The position numbers and the translations under genes are program-made. A model generated the notes under the pieces. The model saw nothing but the letters and a program-made list of their open reading frames with translations. It ran no database searches and was not told where the DNA came from. Of a DNA stretch of 32,000 bases, positions 7,314 to 17,154 are shown piece after piece; within the stretch, counting starts at the first letter, position 1, and the number at the start of each line of letters is the position of its first letter. The DNA is from Erysipelothrix inopinata (lineage in GTDB: Bacteria; Bacillota_I; Bacilli_A; Erysipelotrichales; Erysipelotrichaceae), in NCBI RefSeq assembly GCF_014396165.1, contig NZ_CP060715.1:840001-872000 (forward strand). The letters run 5' to 3'.

Positions 7314-8365
7314 TTATTTCTTTTCACCTGTATTTACAGTAAATAATTTATCTTCATATAATCCCATTTTAGTAAAAATAGTATGTGTTAATATAGCCAT
7401 TCCTAGCGGAACAACCAGATATTGAATGACTAAAATTCCTGTGCTTACAAGAGGTGAAGTTTCCATAAAACTGTAAGCGTTAATTGGGCCAGCAAGACCA
7501 GTTAGTCCAAATCCTGCAGAACCTGTAGTTCCTTGAATCTTAAATAGGAATCCAAAGAAACCTGTTACTGCTGCATTAATAAGAATAGGTAATGTTAAGA
7601 TAGGGTTTTGTAAGTAGTTTGGCATCATCATCTTAGGACCTGCAAAGAATAGTGCAAAGGTAGTTCCTTTATTATTAACACGTGATGATCCGTATGCAAG
7701 AGTAAAGAGTGTTGCGACGATCCCAACGTTTGCAGCACCTGAACCAAGACCTGATAGTGAGATTGCGTAGGCAATTGCGACAGTTGAAAGCGGTGTTACA
7801 ATAATCAAAGCAAAGCTCATAGCTAATAATAACATCATAACAAGCGGTTGTAGCGTTGTGAAGTTAGCGATGATATTACCAAGTAATCCAGTAATTTGAG
7901 CCACGTATGGTAATGTTAGAACACCAATAAAGGCAGGAATAACACCTCCAAGAATAGGAATAACTACAATACCTAGATTAGCTAACGAGTTGTTGTACCA
8001 TTTAATGATGAGAACAGCAATGGAAGCAACAATCATAATGTTGATAAGATCACCTGTACCTTTTAATACCCAAACTCCTTCAGTCAGTGTAGCAGCACCA
8101 CTACCAACAAATGTAGCGCCAATAATAGATGCGGTTTCAATAGGTGTTAATTTAAATTCTAAAGCAATAAACATCCCCACAAGTACAGGTACTGTAAATT
8201 GAATTGCACCTGTAATGTTCCCCAAAGTAACAAAAATTGGACTGACACCCCCAGTGCCTTAAATATTTCTCCAAAAATTGCATTTGGAATTAATCCGACA
8301 ACAATCCCCATTGCTGCACCGGCAAGAATTTTATTAATAAATTCTTTTATAGACATTTTTTCCAT
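7314..8365 (-). pseudogene. PTS EIIC-like polytopic permease (PTS_EIIC_2-type), disrupted by a 1-nt frameshift
   Basis: Two overlapping ORFs in different frames (8159-8404 and 7314-8225). The true start is ATG 8365 (GGAGGA RBS): MEKMSIKEFINKILAGAAMGIVVGLIPNAI. The reading frame switches at the C5/G5 run at 8248-8252. Adding one G restores ..FKALGGVSPIFVTLGNITGAIQF... The span is 1052 nt, which is 3n+2. Confidence 0.6.
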
Positions 8366-8712
8366 ATAATATCCTCCTGTTTGTCCGTAGTACAAAGTTA
8401 TCATTTATCAAATTCGTTCACAATCTTATTTAGAAAAAACCTGTGATATATTTAACAAAATATTTCGGAAAGGGCTATTTAATCGCTATTATTATATTTA
8501 TATGTGAAATATATAACAAATTTAACAATGGATTTCACAAATGTAGGTTTAAAATGAAGGGAACAGATAAATATGAATAAAGGAATATGAATCACTAAAA
8601 ATACTTATAAATAAATTGTGAGTGAAATATTTCTTATCGATTTAATTGAGTAGTGAAGATAATAAATAATGATTATGGTAAAATAGATTCAAAGATGAAT
8701 TGAGGAGAATGT

Positions 8713-9450
8713 ATGTTTATAATTGATAAGAATAATCCAACACCACTTTACTTTCAGTTACAAAATTCAATTGTAGATCTTATTAATGAAGGAACTTTTG
8801 AAGAAAATACAAGTCTGCCATCAGAATTGGAAATTATTGAATCAACTGGACTGAGCCGTACCACAGTTCGCCAAGCAATCGAAAATTTAGTGCAAGAAGG
8901 ATATCTTGAAAGACGTAGAGGGATTGGGACGTTTGTAAAAATACGTAATAAGAACTTATGGGACCTCGAGAATCTAAGAAGCTTCAGGGAAGTAATGGAG
9001 ATGGAGGGTAAACAAAGCTCGACATCATTAATATCAATAAAAAGAATTCCTACAAATAGAATCTTGGAAAAACGTTTTGGAGAAGATATTAAGGAATTCT
9101 ATGAGTTAGAGAGATTAAGATATCTCGATGGAACACCGATAATTCTTGTAAATACATTTATTCCAGTTTCTTTAGTTCCAGGATTAGATACATTAGATCT
9201 TGAGAATAATTCACTGTTCGAAATTATGAAAAAAGAATATAACGTTAAAATTGCGTTTGCTGAAAAAGAATTAAGGGCTCGTGTTATTCGTCCTTATGAT
9301 GCAAACTTATTAGAATTACCACAAGATTCTGTCGTACAGTTGGTAGATACTATTACCTATAATGATGAAGGAAAACCCATTGAATACTCAGTATCTAGAG
9401 ATCGTGGCGATGTAAGTGTTTACAAAGTTCGACTAACTTATCAAGACTAA
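8713..9450 (+). CDS. GntR-family (HutC subfamily, UTRA effector domain) transcriptional regulator
   Basis: N-terminal wHTH: LPSELEIIESTGLSRTTVRQAIENLVQEGYLERRRGIGTFV. The C-terminal roughly 150 aa are typical of UTRA. Confidence 0.85.
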   Translation: MFIIDKNNPTPLYFQLQNSIVDLINEGTFEENTSLPSELEIIESTGLSRTTVRQAIENLVQEGYLERRRGIGTFVKIRNKNLWDLENLRSFREVMEMEGKQSSTSLISIKRIPTNRILEKRFGEDIKEFYELERLRYLDGTPIILVNTFIPVSLVPGLDTLDLENNSLFEIMKKEYNVKIAFAEKELRARVIRPYDANLLELPQDSVVQLVDTITYNDEGKPIEYSVSRDRGDVSVYKVRLTYQD

Positions 9451-9458
9451 ATATTATT

Positions 9459-9485
9459 GAACGCTCTTATGAGCGTTTTTTTTAT
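9459..9485 (+). terminator. Intrinsic terminator after gntR
   Basis: GAACGCTC-TTAT-GAGCGTT followed by a T-run. Confidence 0.7.
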
Positions 9486-9497
9486 TTGATAAAATCA

Positions 9498-9525
9498 TTG
9501 ACAAACAACTTTCAGATGATAGAAT
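9498..9525 (+). promoter_or_regulatory. Sigma-A promoter of the SDR-PTS operon
   Basis: TTGACA (9498-9503), a 16-nt spacer, then TGaTAGAAT, an extended -10 with hexamer 9520-9525. Confidence 0.6.
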
Positions 9526-9533
9526 GACATTAG

Positions 9534-9547
9534 GACGTCATGACGTC
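9534..9547. promoter_or_regulatory. Perfect 14-bp palindrome GACGTCATGACGTC; candidate GntR/HutC operator
   Basis: Lies immediately downstream of the -10. The core GT-c-AT-g-AC resembles the GT-N-TA-N-AC HutC-family half-site arrangement. Confidence 0.5.
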
Positions 9548-9568
9548 ATAACAGAGAGAGGTGTTTCT

Positions 9569-10345
9569 GTGGACTTTAAAAATAGAATTGCAGTTGTTAC
9601 AGGAGGAGGGAGTGGAATTGGTAAAGGCGTGAGTCTTTCTCTAGCTGAAAAAGGAGCAATGGTAATTATTGCCGACTTGAGTGAAGATAATGCTATGGAA
9701 GTTGTAGATATCATTACAGATAAAAATCAAAAATCAGAGTTCTATAAGTTGGATGTTTCAAATTCAAAAGATGTAGAAAAATTTGGAGATTATCTAAAAG
9801 AGAAGTATGATAATATTGATTTTTGGGTAAACTCAGCAGGTATATCAAAAATTACGCCATTCTTTGATCATAGTGAGGAACTTTGGGATAAGACAATGGA
9901 TATCAATCTAAAGGGGCAATTTAACTGTTGTAAAGTTGCTGTTGATAGAATGCTTGAGAACAATAAAGGTAGTATTATCAATCTTTCCTCCCAATCTGGA
10001 AAAGTAGGCACCAGTAATTATCAAGCTTACTGTGCTAGTAAATTCGGTGTTATTGGTTTAACTCAATCTTTAGCAGCTGAGTTTGGACCTCAAGGCATTA
10101 GAGTGAATAGTATCGCGCCTGGAGTAATCTATACTCCAATGTGGGATCAGCAAAAAATTGATTATGCAAAGAAACGTGATTTGGATCCAGATCATGTTAT
10201 GGATTATTTCAAGAATAAAATTCCACTTCGAAGATTAGGAACTGTGGAAGATGTCGCACAACTTGTGTGTTTCCTTCTTAGTGATGACTCAAGTTATATC
10301 ACCGGTCAAACAATTAATCTTAATGGTGGAGACATCATGTTTTAA
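9569..10345 (+). CDS. Short-chain dehydrogenase/reductase, sorbitol-6-phosphate 2-dehydrogenase (SrlD)-like
   Basis: The ATG at 9524 lies inside the -10 element. Start therefore set at GTG 9569 (GAGG seven nt upstream): VDFKNRIAVVTGGGSGIGKG. Has the catalytic YxxxK (YCASK). The C-terminal half (SQSGKVGTSNYQAYCASKFGVIGLTQSLA...ITGQTINLNGGDIMF) resembles SrlD. Confidence 0.75.
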   Translation: MDFKNRIAVVTGGGSGIGKGVSLSLAEKGAMVIIADLSEDNAMEVVDIITDKNQKSEFYKLDVSNSKDVEKFGDYLKEKYDNIDFWVNSAGISKITPFFDHSEELWDKTMDINLKGQFNCCKVAVDRMLENNKGSIINLSSQSGKVGTSNYQAYCASKFGVIGLTQSLAAEFGPQGIRVNSIAPGVIYTPMWDQQKIDYAKKRDLDPDHVMDYFKNKIPLRRLGTVEDVAQLVCFLLSDDSSYITGQTINLNGGDIMF

Positions 10346-10364
10346 ATAAACAAGGAGAAGAAAT

Positions 10365-11789
10365 ATGGATTTCAAAATGAAGATTCAGAAATTTGGTGGA
10401 TTTCTCGCAGGTATGGTTATACCAAATATTGGTGCATTCATTGCCTGGGGATTGATTACAGCTTTATTTTTAGAAACTGGTTGGTTACCTAATGAGCAAT
10501 TAGCAACAATGATAGGTCCTATGCTTCAATATTTACTTCCAATCCTAATCGCTTACACGGGTGGTCGTATGGTTTATGGTCAACGTGGTGCGGTAGCAGG
10601 TGCTGTTGCAGCATCGGGAGCAATCTTTGGATCAGAAATACCAATGTTCTTGGCAGCTATGATTTTAGGTCCACTTGGTGGATGGGTAATGAAAAAAGTG
10701 GATACAGTCTTGGATGGAAAAATACCTTCAGGATTTGAAATGTTAATTAATAACTTTTCAATCGGAATTGTAGGATTAATCCTTGCTGTATTTTCATTCT
10801 ATGTTATTTCACCAGCAATTGCAGGAGCAACTGCCGCTGCAACATCAGGTATTAACTTTTTAATTGATAAAGGTCTATACCCACTTCTTGCAGTAATCAT
10901 CGAACCTGCAAAAGTATTGTTCCTAAATAATGCGATTGATCAAGGTATATTTGTACCACTTGGTGCAGCACAAATATTAGAACATGGTGGAAAAACTTTA
11001 TTCTATATGTTAGTGTCAAGTCCAGCACCTGGTGCAGGAATTCTATTAGCTTACGCATTCTTTGGAAAAGGAAACAGTAAGAAATCAGCCCCATCAGCAT
11101 TACTTATTCAATTCATTGGTGGTATTCATGAAGTATACTTCCCATATGTCTTGATGAAACCATTAATGTTCTTAGCAGTTATTGCAGGTGGTGTTGCTCA
11201 AATCATCGTTTGGGTACTCTTGAATGCTGGACTTGCTGGCTATCCTCATCCAGGTAGCATTGTTTCATTCTTAATTATGTTACCAAAAGGTGGTGCAGTT
11301 CCTGTATTGCTTGGAATTTTAGCTGGTATTGCAGCTTCAGCAGCATGTGCTGCCCTAATTCTCAAGACAGATCACTCAAGTGAAGAAGATGAAGACATTT
11401 CATTAAGTAGCGACATTGAAAATATGTTAGGTGTAAATACAAAATCAGATTCTAGTGAACCTGAAATTGTAAATGTTTGGAAGACAGCTGATATCGAGAA
11501 GGTAATCTTTGCATGCGATGCGGGAATTGGTTCCAGCGCAATGGGAAGTGGTATTCTTAAAAAGAAGATTAAGGATGCTGAGTTGGATATTCTAGTAGAA
11601 AATAGTGCAGTTGATACTGTGGATAAAAAAACTAAAGTAATCGTAACTCACAAAAAACTTGAAAAAAGAGCTCGAGATGCCGCTCCTGAAGCAGTTGTAC
11701 TAACCGTTGAATCTTTCCTTAACGACCCTACCTATGATATTCTAGTAGAAGCGTTAAAGAAGGGTGAAGTTAAAGATGAAAATAGATAA
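10365..11789 (+). CDS. PTS mannitol-family EIICB component
   Basis: The N-terminus KIQKFGGFLAGMVIPNIGAFIAWGL is MtlA-like. The C-terminal EIIB domain has the phospho-Cys motif FACDAGIGSSAMG. Confidence 0.85.
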   Translation: MDFKMKIQKFGGFLAGMVIPNIGAFIAWGLITALFLETGWLPNEQLATMIGPMLQYLLPILIAYTGGRMVYGQRGAVAGAVAASGAIFGSEIPMFLAAMILGPLGGWVMKKVDTVLDGKIPSGFEMLINNFSIGIVGLILAVFSFYVISPAIAGATAAATSGINFLIDKGLYPLLAVIIEPAKVLFLNNAIDQGIFVPLGAAQILEHGGKTLFYMLVSSPAPGAGILLAYAFFGKGNSKKSAPSALLIQFIGGIHEVYFPYVLMKPLMFLAVIAGGVAQIIVWVLLNAGLAGYPHPGSIVSFLIMLPKGGAVPVLLGILAGIAASAACAALILKTDHSSEEDEDISLSSDIENMLGVNTKSDSSEPEIVNVWKTADIEKVIFACDAGIGSSAMGSGILKKKIKDAELDILVENSAVDTVDKKTKVIVTHKKLEKRARDAAPEAVVLTVESFLNDPTYDILVEALKKGEVKDENR

Positions 11790-12195
11790 GAAACAAATTA
11801 GATTCAATGTATCATCGTCTCCCAAAGACTCCGCAATTAGACTTGCAGGACAAGTACTATTAGAAAATGGATTCATCACTGAAGAATATATTGAATCAAT
11901 GATTAAAAAAGAAGAAACTGATATAACTTATATTGGTAACGGTATTGCTATACCCCATGGTTTGTATGAAGATAAAAAGTATGTTCTAGAATCCGGTATC
12001 TCAGTCGTTCACTATCCTGAAGGAATAGAGTACGATGAAAACTTTGTTTTCTTAGTAATCGGTATCGCAGCAAACGATGAGAATCACCTTGAAATTCTTC
12101 AAGATATAGCTATAAAGTTATCCGATGAATCTTACGTAGAAAGACTTGTTTCTTCAGAAGATATCGACACATTTGTAAATTACTTTAATGAATAA
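11776..12195 (+). CDS. PTS EIIA component (mannitol/fructose type, EIIA-2)
   Basis: Has the active-site His motif GNGIAIPHG. It overlaps the EIICB stop by 14 nt. The alternative GTG start at 11764 cannot be excluded. Confidence 0.8.
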   Translation: MKIDKKQIRFNVSSSPKDSAIRLAGQVLLENGFITEEYIESMIKKEETDITYIGNGIAIPHGLYEDKKYVLESGISVVHYPEGIEYDENFVFLVIGIAANDENHLEILQDIAIKLSDESYVERLVSSEDIDTFVNYFNE

Positions 12196-12198
12196 AAG

Positions 12199-12223
12199 AA
12201 TACACCTTGCGGTGTATTTTTTT
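12199..12223. terminator. Terminator between convergent genes, probably bidirectional
   Basis: AATACACC-TTGC-GGTGTATT followed by TTTTT. An A-run on the other side serves the minus-strand MFS gene. Confidence 0.7.
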
Positions 12224-13421
12224 AAGTGTTTTTGTTTGATTTATCCATGGTTAAGTAAGTAAGACCCATCATGATGATTGCAAGTACGACAAAGTATAGC
12301 GGCATGATTAATAGCGAATTAGATCGAATCCAAGACATGATTTGCATGAGACCACTAATTCCTAGGTAATATCCTAGACTTAACAAAGAACCGGCAGTAC
12401 CGTATACATCTTCAAAGCCATTGAGGGATAAACTAATGGCATTAGATAATGAAATTGCTGTTCCGAACCGAACGATAAACATTCCTAATATATAGAGAAA
12501 TGGCTTGACTGATTCGCTATTTACTAAAACGGTTGTGAATACCATAAAAATAGCTCCACATAAAACGAAAATATTTCCGATCATAATTATTGATTGTGGA
12601 TCGTATTTTTTCAGTAATTGTTGAGTGCAAAGTGCTCCCAATATAGTTGCAATTGCTAGAGAAATCCCGAAGGATCCAATTCTAGCCAGCGACATTTGAA
12701 AGTGATGCGTAAAGAGTAATGGAATTTCCATGTAATAGATAGACATGATTGCATTATAAGCTGTGATAAAAAATCCATAGATCCAAACCGTTTTTGTGCA
12801 TAACATGCGTTTTGCGACTTCAATAAAATTTATATTAGTGTTAGTTGTTTGTACTTGTGTCTCAGGCAAACGATAATAAGTGACAGCAACAATACACATA
12901 CTTGATATAACTAGACAAATCAGTAGTAATCTTGAACCACCTGCGTCTACAAGGGCTCCTCCCAGTGTTGGACCAATCCCTGGAACAAATGCTAGCGCAA
13001 TTGAAACTTGAGAGAATAGTTTATTTCTAACATTCTGAGAGAAGGCTTCTCTCAGAATAGTTTGAGTTGTTACTGAACCAGTCGCTAAACCAAATGCCCC
13101 AATAAATCTACCAACCATAAAAATGGTGAATGATGGTGCAATAATTGCGATTAATGTTCCAATTGTGTAAGTAATGAACCCAGATATCATTGCAGGTCTT
13201 CGTCCTTTTATATCTGAGAAGTATCCCCAAAATAGAACGCCAACTGCGAATGCAGTAAAGTACAAGCTCAATACAAGTTGAGCTTGATCAATATGAATTA
13301 CAAATCTTTCAGCAATGTTTTGGATTGAGGGGGAAATCATTGCTTCATGTAATTGTGGAAACCCCAATAAAACTATTAATAGTATAAAACTTGGTTTATT
13401 ATTTTCGATGTTTTTCTTCAA
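12222..13421 (-). CDS. MFS transporter (Bcr/CflA-like drug:H+ antiporter type)
   Basis: About 12 predicted TM segments, with MFS motif A-like GYFSDIKGRRPAM. Starts at TTG with an AGGAGG RBS seven nt upstream. Confidence 0.75.
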   Translation of the reverse strand: MKKNIENNKPSFILLIVLLGFPQLHEAMISPSIQNIAERFVIHIDQAQLVLSLYFTAFAVGVLFWGYFSDIKGRRPAMISGFITYTIGTLIAIIAPSFTIFMVGRFIGAFGLATGSVTTQTILREAFSQNVRNKLFSQVSIALAFVPGIGPTLGGALVDAGGSRLLLICLVISSMCIVAVTYYRLPETQVQTTNTNINFIEVAKRMLCTKTVWIYGFFITAYNAIMSIYYMEIPLLFTHHFQMSLARIGSFGISLAIATILGALCTQQLLKKYDPQSIIMIGNIFVLCGAIFMVFTTVLVNSESVKPFLYILGMFIVRFGTAISLSNAISLSLNGFEDVYGTAGSLLSLGYYLGISGLMQIMSWIRSNSLLIMPLYFVVLAIIMMGLTYLTMDKSNKNT

Positions 13422-13575
13422 AATATTCCTCCTATCGAATTAGATATGAAAAAAAACATCAAAATCGGGTAGGGGAGCTATTTTCTTAATGATTAGTGTG
13501 AATGTCATAAGATAGTTCCTTTCAACTGAAGAACTATAACATATGTGGATTATTGATATCAAATATTTTGTTCAG

Positions 13576-13607
13576 TGAAAAGCGGCAGAGTTATTAATTC
13601 TGCCGCT
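13576..13607 (-). terminator. Intrinsic terminator after the surface-protein gene
   Basis: GCGGCAGA-(9 nt)-TCTGCCGC, followed by TTTT on the minus strand. Confidence 0.55.
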
Positions 13608-13630
13608 TCATAATATAGTGATTCGATAAA

Positions 13631-16600
13631 TTATTTATTTCTTTTGCGTTTTACAATGAGTGATAAAGCTAGAGCAACTGCTCCGACACCAACCATGATA
13701 AGTCCGTTATTTGAGTGAGCAACTCCGGTAGGAGGAATCACCGAATCTTTATCTTCTTTCCATACAGCGTAGAGTGTTGTATCTTCTGTTATTGAATAGA
13801 GAGCACCTTCAGCGAGTATGTTACTTTCGTCATCTTTTACGAGGCTCCAACCTTTGAATGTATAACCTTTACGGTATAGATCATTTTTACCTAAAAGAGT
13901 TGCTTTTTGTCCAGATTGATAAAGATTTTTATCAACGGGAGCAGTACCAGAAGTATTACCGTTTCCGTTATAAGTTAGTTTGAATTCAACGATTGGATCA
14001 ATATCTTTTTCCCATACAGCATAAAATGTAATATTTTCTGTCATTGTATAGAGACTACCTTCAGTTAAGATTTTACTGTCATCGTCCTTAATGATACTCC
14101 AACCTTTAAAGGTATATCCTTCACGAAGAAGATCACCCTTGCCAAGAAGTGTTGCCTTTTGTCCAGCTTGATAAAGTTTGTTATCAATAGGAGCATTTCC
14201 AGAAGTATTGCTATTGCCATCATAAGTGAGTTTGAACTCAACGATTGGATCAATGTCTTTTTCCCATACAGCATACAGAGTTGTGTTCTTTGTAATGGTG
14301 TAGAGATTCCCTTCTGGAAGAACGTGGCTGTTGTCATCTTTTAGAGGACTCCATCCTTTGAAAGTATATCCTTTACGATGTAAGTCACCTTTACCTAAAA
14401 GTGCCGCTTTCTGTCCTGATTGATAAGTTTTATTATCTACTGGAGCACTACCTGAAGTGTTTCCATTTCCATGATACGTTAATGTGTATTTTTCTACAGG
14501 GGCAATGTCTTTTTCCCACACCGCATATACTTTAGTGTCAGCTTCCATAGTGTAGAAATTACCTTCGGTTAGTATATTGTTATTGTCATCTTTTACAAGA
14601 CTCCAACCTTTGAATGTGTATCCCTTACGAAGAAGATCCCTTTGCCAAGGAGTGTTGCTTTTTGACCTGCTTGATAAAGTGTGTTGTCAACGGGAGCAGT
14701 TCCGGCAGTGTTACCATTACCATCATAAGTGAGTTTGAATTCTACAATAGGATCAATGTCTTTTTCCCAGACAGCGAAGAGCTTGGTATCTGCATTCATC
14801 TCGTAGAGACTACCTTCTGTTAAAATATTCGCTGTATCATCTTTTACAAGGCTCCATCCTTTAAAGGAGTATCCGCTTCGAACAAGACCGCCTTTACCTA
14901 GCAATGTTGCCTTTTGACCTGCTTGATAGGTGTTGTTATCAATCGGAGCGACTCCAGCTGTATTACCATTGCCATCATAAGTTAGTTTGAACTCAACGAT
15001 TGGATCGATATCTTTTTCCCAAACAGCGAAGAGAGTAGTATCTAAATTCATTATATAGTCACTGCCTTCGGCAAGTGTATTATTTGCGTCGTCTTTCACA
15101 AGACTCCATCCTTTAAAGGTGTAGCCGTCACGAACGAGAGAGTTTTTACCAAGCAATGTTGCTTTTTGACCTGTTTGATAAGTATTGGAATCAGTTGGCG
15201 CGACTCCGGCTGTGTTGCCGTTTCCATCATAAGTTAACTTATGTTCAACTTCTTCCCAAACAGCATAGAAAATAGTTGTTAAGTCGGTTAGTATGAAGTC
15301 AGTTCCTGGAGTAATAGTAGGGTCAGGTTCTGTTGCATTTTTATCACGTGACCATCCTTTGAAAATGTAACCTGGACGTGTGATTTTTAATGAACTTCCT
15401 GAATAGATATTTACAGAACCATCTGTGTAAGCAATAGAGTATAATCTTGTGATAAGTCCGTCGGTAAGTGTTGTATACTCTAAACCTGTATAATCAGTAA
15501 TCTCAGAGATATTAAGTTGTCCACCATTGGCATCATATCCTAATGATGTTACTGACACCGCACCTAAATCTTTATCACGTTTTAGACTACGCTGATCTGT
15601 AGCACCAAGTGATGTTGAACCTTTATAGTTATTATCAGCGAGACTATCGGGAATAATAGGTAATGTCATAACTAACTCAGGATTATACCCAGCTGTGATT
15701 GAAGTTAAGTTTTTTCTTAATCGAGGGTTGCTTCCTAGTAAATCAGAAACTGAATATTGTGGGGTTGCCCCACCATCTACGTTAATAATATTATTTTTAC
15801 CAGTATCTGTTGTACTAGTACTGGAGACATCTTTATAAGAACTTGCTGTGCTTAAGGATCCGTTTGAAAATACATTATTACCAATAAATAGATTTCCAGA
15901 AGTAGATGCAGAGGCCATTGCAAATGCAGATGTTCCGCTAAGACCAACAGCACCACCTCTTTGCTCGACATTAGTTTTTGGCCCGCCAGCTGTATTATTA
16001 TAGAAGGTTGAACCGGTGATACTATTATTGAAAGAGGTTAAGCCACCATTTTTGAAAAATTGGATGGCTCCTCCTGAGCGATTTCCGCCTGATTCCCCAA
16101 GAGCGGTATTATTGATAAATGTACTGTTTGAAATCGTGCTTTTAAAACCAGGGAAGCCTGTTGCTTGAATCATTATTGCTCCACCATCGTCGTAAGCAAA
16201 GTTACTATCAAAAGTACTTGAATCAATATTTAAAGATCCGCCACCCTTTCCATCAAATACATAGATAGCGCCGCCATCATATGTCGATGCAGTATTCATT
16301 GATTCGCCACCATTAGTTTTATTGCCTCTAAAAATTGACTGATTTACGGATACGTTACCTTCTAGATAATGCATGGAAAGTGCGCCACCGCCACCGCCGA
16401 CTACGCTAGTGTTATAGCATTGGTTTACATTGTTCTCAAACAATGAGTTGTTGATTGTTAAGGTTCCTTTGTAGGACTTTGTAGCAATCGCTCCACATTC
16501 ATAACCAGCGCCTGTTCCAATATTATTCGAAATTGTAGTGTTATTTATCGTAAGGTTACCGGTTCTTAATGTAATGGCTGATCCCGAATTACTGCTAGTA

Positions 16601-17154
16601 TTGTGATCAAATAATGAATTCTTGATAACAATCTGTGAAGTGTCTTGAGCTGAAATATCCATGACACCATCGTTACCATTTTTTAATACAACGTTATCAA
16701 AAATAATTGATCCCTTTGTATTTGAAACTGTAACTAAGTTACGTGGGAAAAGGGTTCCATCAAAGGTTAGGTTCTTAATGGTTAACTTTCCAGAACCATC
16801 TCCTGAAATTGTTAGTTTATCTTTTGTTGAAGTAATGTTATTACCATTGATTGTGACGTCAACTTTTGGCATTGTAATATTAAAATTACTCGTATCAAAG
16901 TTTGCACTTAAAGTGAATTCATCACCATTGTTTGCACTAAGAAGTGCATCGTTAAGTTCCGTAACATTTTGAATATTATCAATCGCATAATTTTGAATTG
17001 ATGCTTCCATTTTGACATCGGTCAATGGAAGATTACTAGCGTTAGAGTTAGGATCAATATTATCCGCTGATGCAGGAATTATAACTGTCATGATACCTAG
17101 GGTAAGGACCATAGTAAATGCTGTTGTTTTCTTTAACATATTCTTTAATTTCAT
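13631..17154 (-). pseudogene. Large sortase-anchored surface protein, interrupted by a 1-nt frameshift. Layout: signal peptide, Pmp-like right-handed beta-helix repeats, Listeria-Bacteroides (InlB B / Flg_new) repeats, IPPTG anchor.
   Basis: Start at ATG 17154 (GAGAGGA RBS) gives MKLKNMLKKTTAFTMVLTLGIMTVIIPASA. There are repeated GGAI/GGAL plus FxxN motifs. C-terminal repeats read ..GYTFKGWS..LYAVWEKD. The ORF at 14593-17202 ends ..TLLGKGIFFVRDTHSKVGVL*. The next frame continues DLLRKGYTFKGWSLVKDD.., exactly as in sister repeats, so one nt is missing near GGCAAAGGG-ATC (14637-14641). The span is 3524 nt, which is 3n+2. The C-terminus is IPPTG plus a TM segment plus KRKRNK. Confidence 0.75.
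13742..15240 (-). repeat. Six tandem 252-bp (84-aa) coding repeats, preceded by one degenerate copy
   Basis: The unit is KLTYDGNGNT(A/S)G.AP.D...YQ.GQKATLLGK..L.R.GYTFKGWSLVKDD...L.EG.LY......T.LYAVWEKDIDPIVEF. Near-identical DNA blocks recur every roughly 252 nt, for example TTGAA(C/T)TCAACGATTGGATC(A/G)AT(A/G)TCTTTTTCCCA. Confidence 0.8.

Noticed and set aside
8503-8539. TGTGAAAT...ATTTCACA inverted repeat, and similar TGTGAA-type words in the 17.2-17.6 kb intergenic region
   Set aside because: The arms are 8 bp, separated by 21 nt, in very AT-rich DNA. Similar words recur by chance. They match neither cre nor any operator I can name.
9534-9547. TGACGTCA read as a cAMP-response-element-like site
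   Set aside because: That is a eukaryotic CREB motif and irrelevant in a bacterial context. A GntR/HutC operator is the sensible interpretation.
9524-9568. ATG at 9524 as the start of the SDR gene
   Set aside because: This ATG lies inside the predicted -10 element (TAGAAT), so it would not be transcribed. GTG 9569 has an RBS and gives the normal spacing to the TGGGSGIG motif.
14065-14823. Track ORFs 14065-14337 (minus), 14159-14344 (plus) and 14614-14823 (plus)
   Set aside because: They are alternative-frame or antisense ORFs generated by the repetitive coding sequence of the surface-protein gene.
13742-15240. A regular 252-bp periodic repeat array as a possible CRISPR or non-coding satellite
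   Set aside because: The repeats are in frame and encode an 84-aa Flg_new-type domain within a continuous surface-protein gene. There is no short-repeat/unique-spacer organisation.
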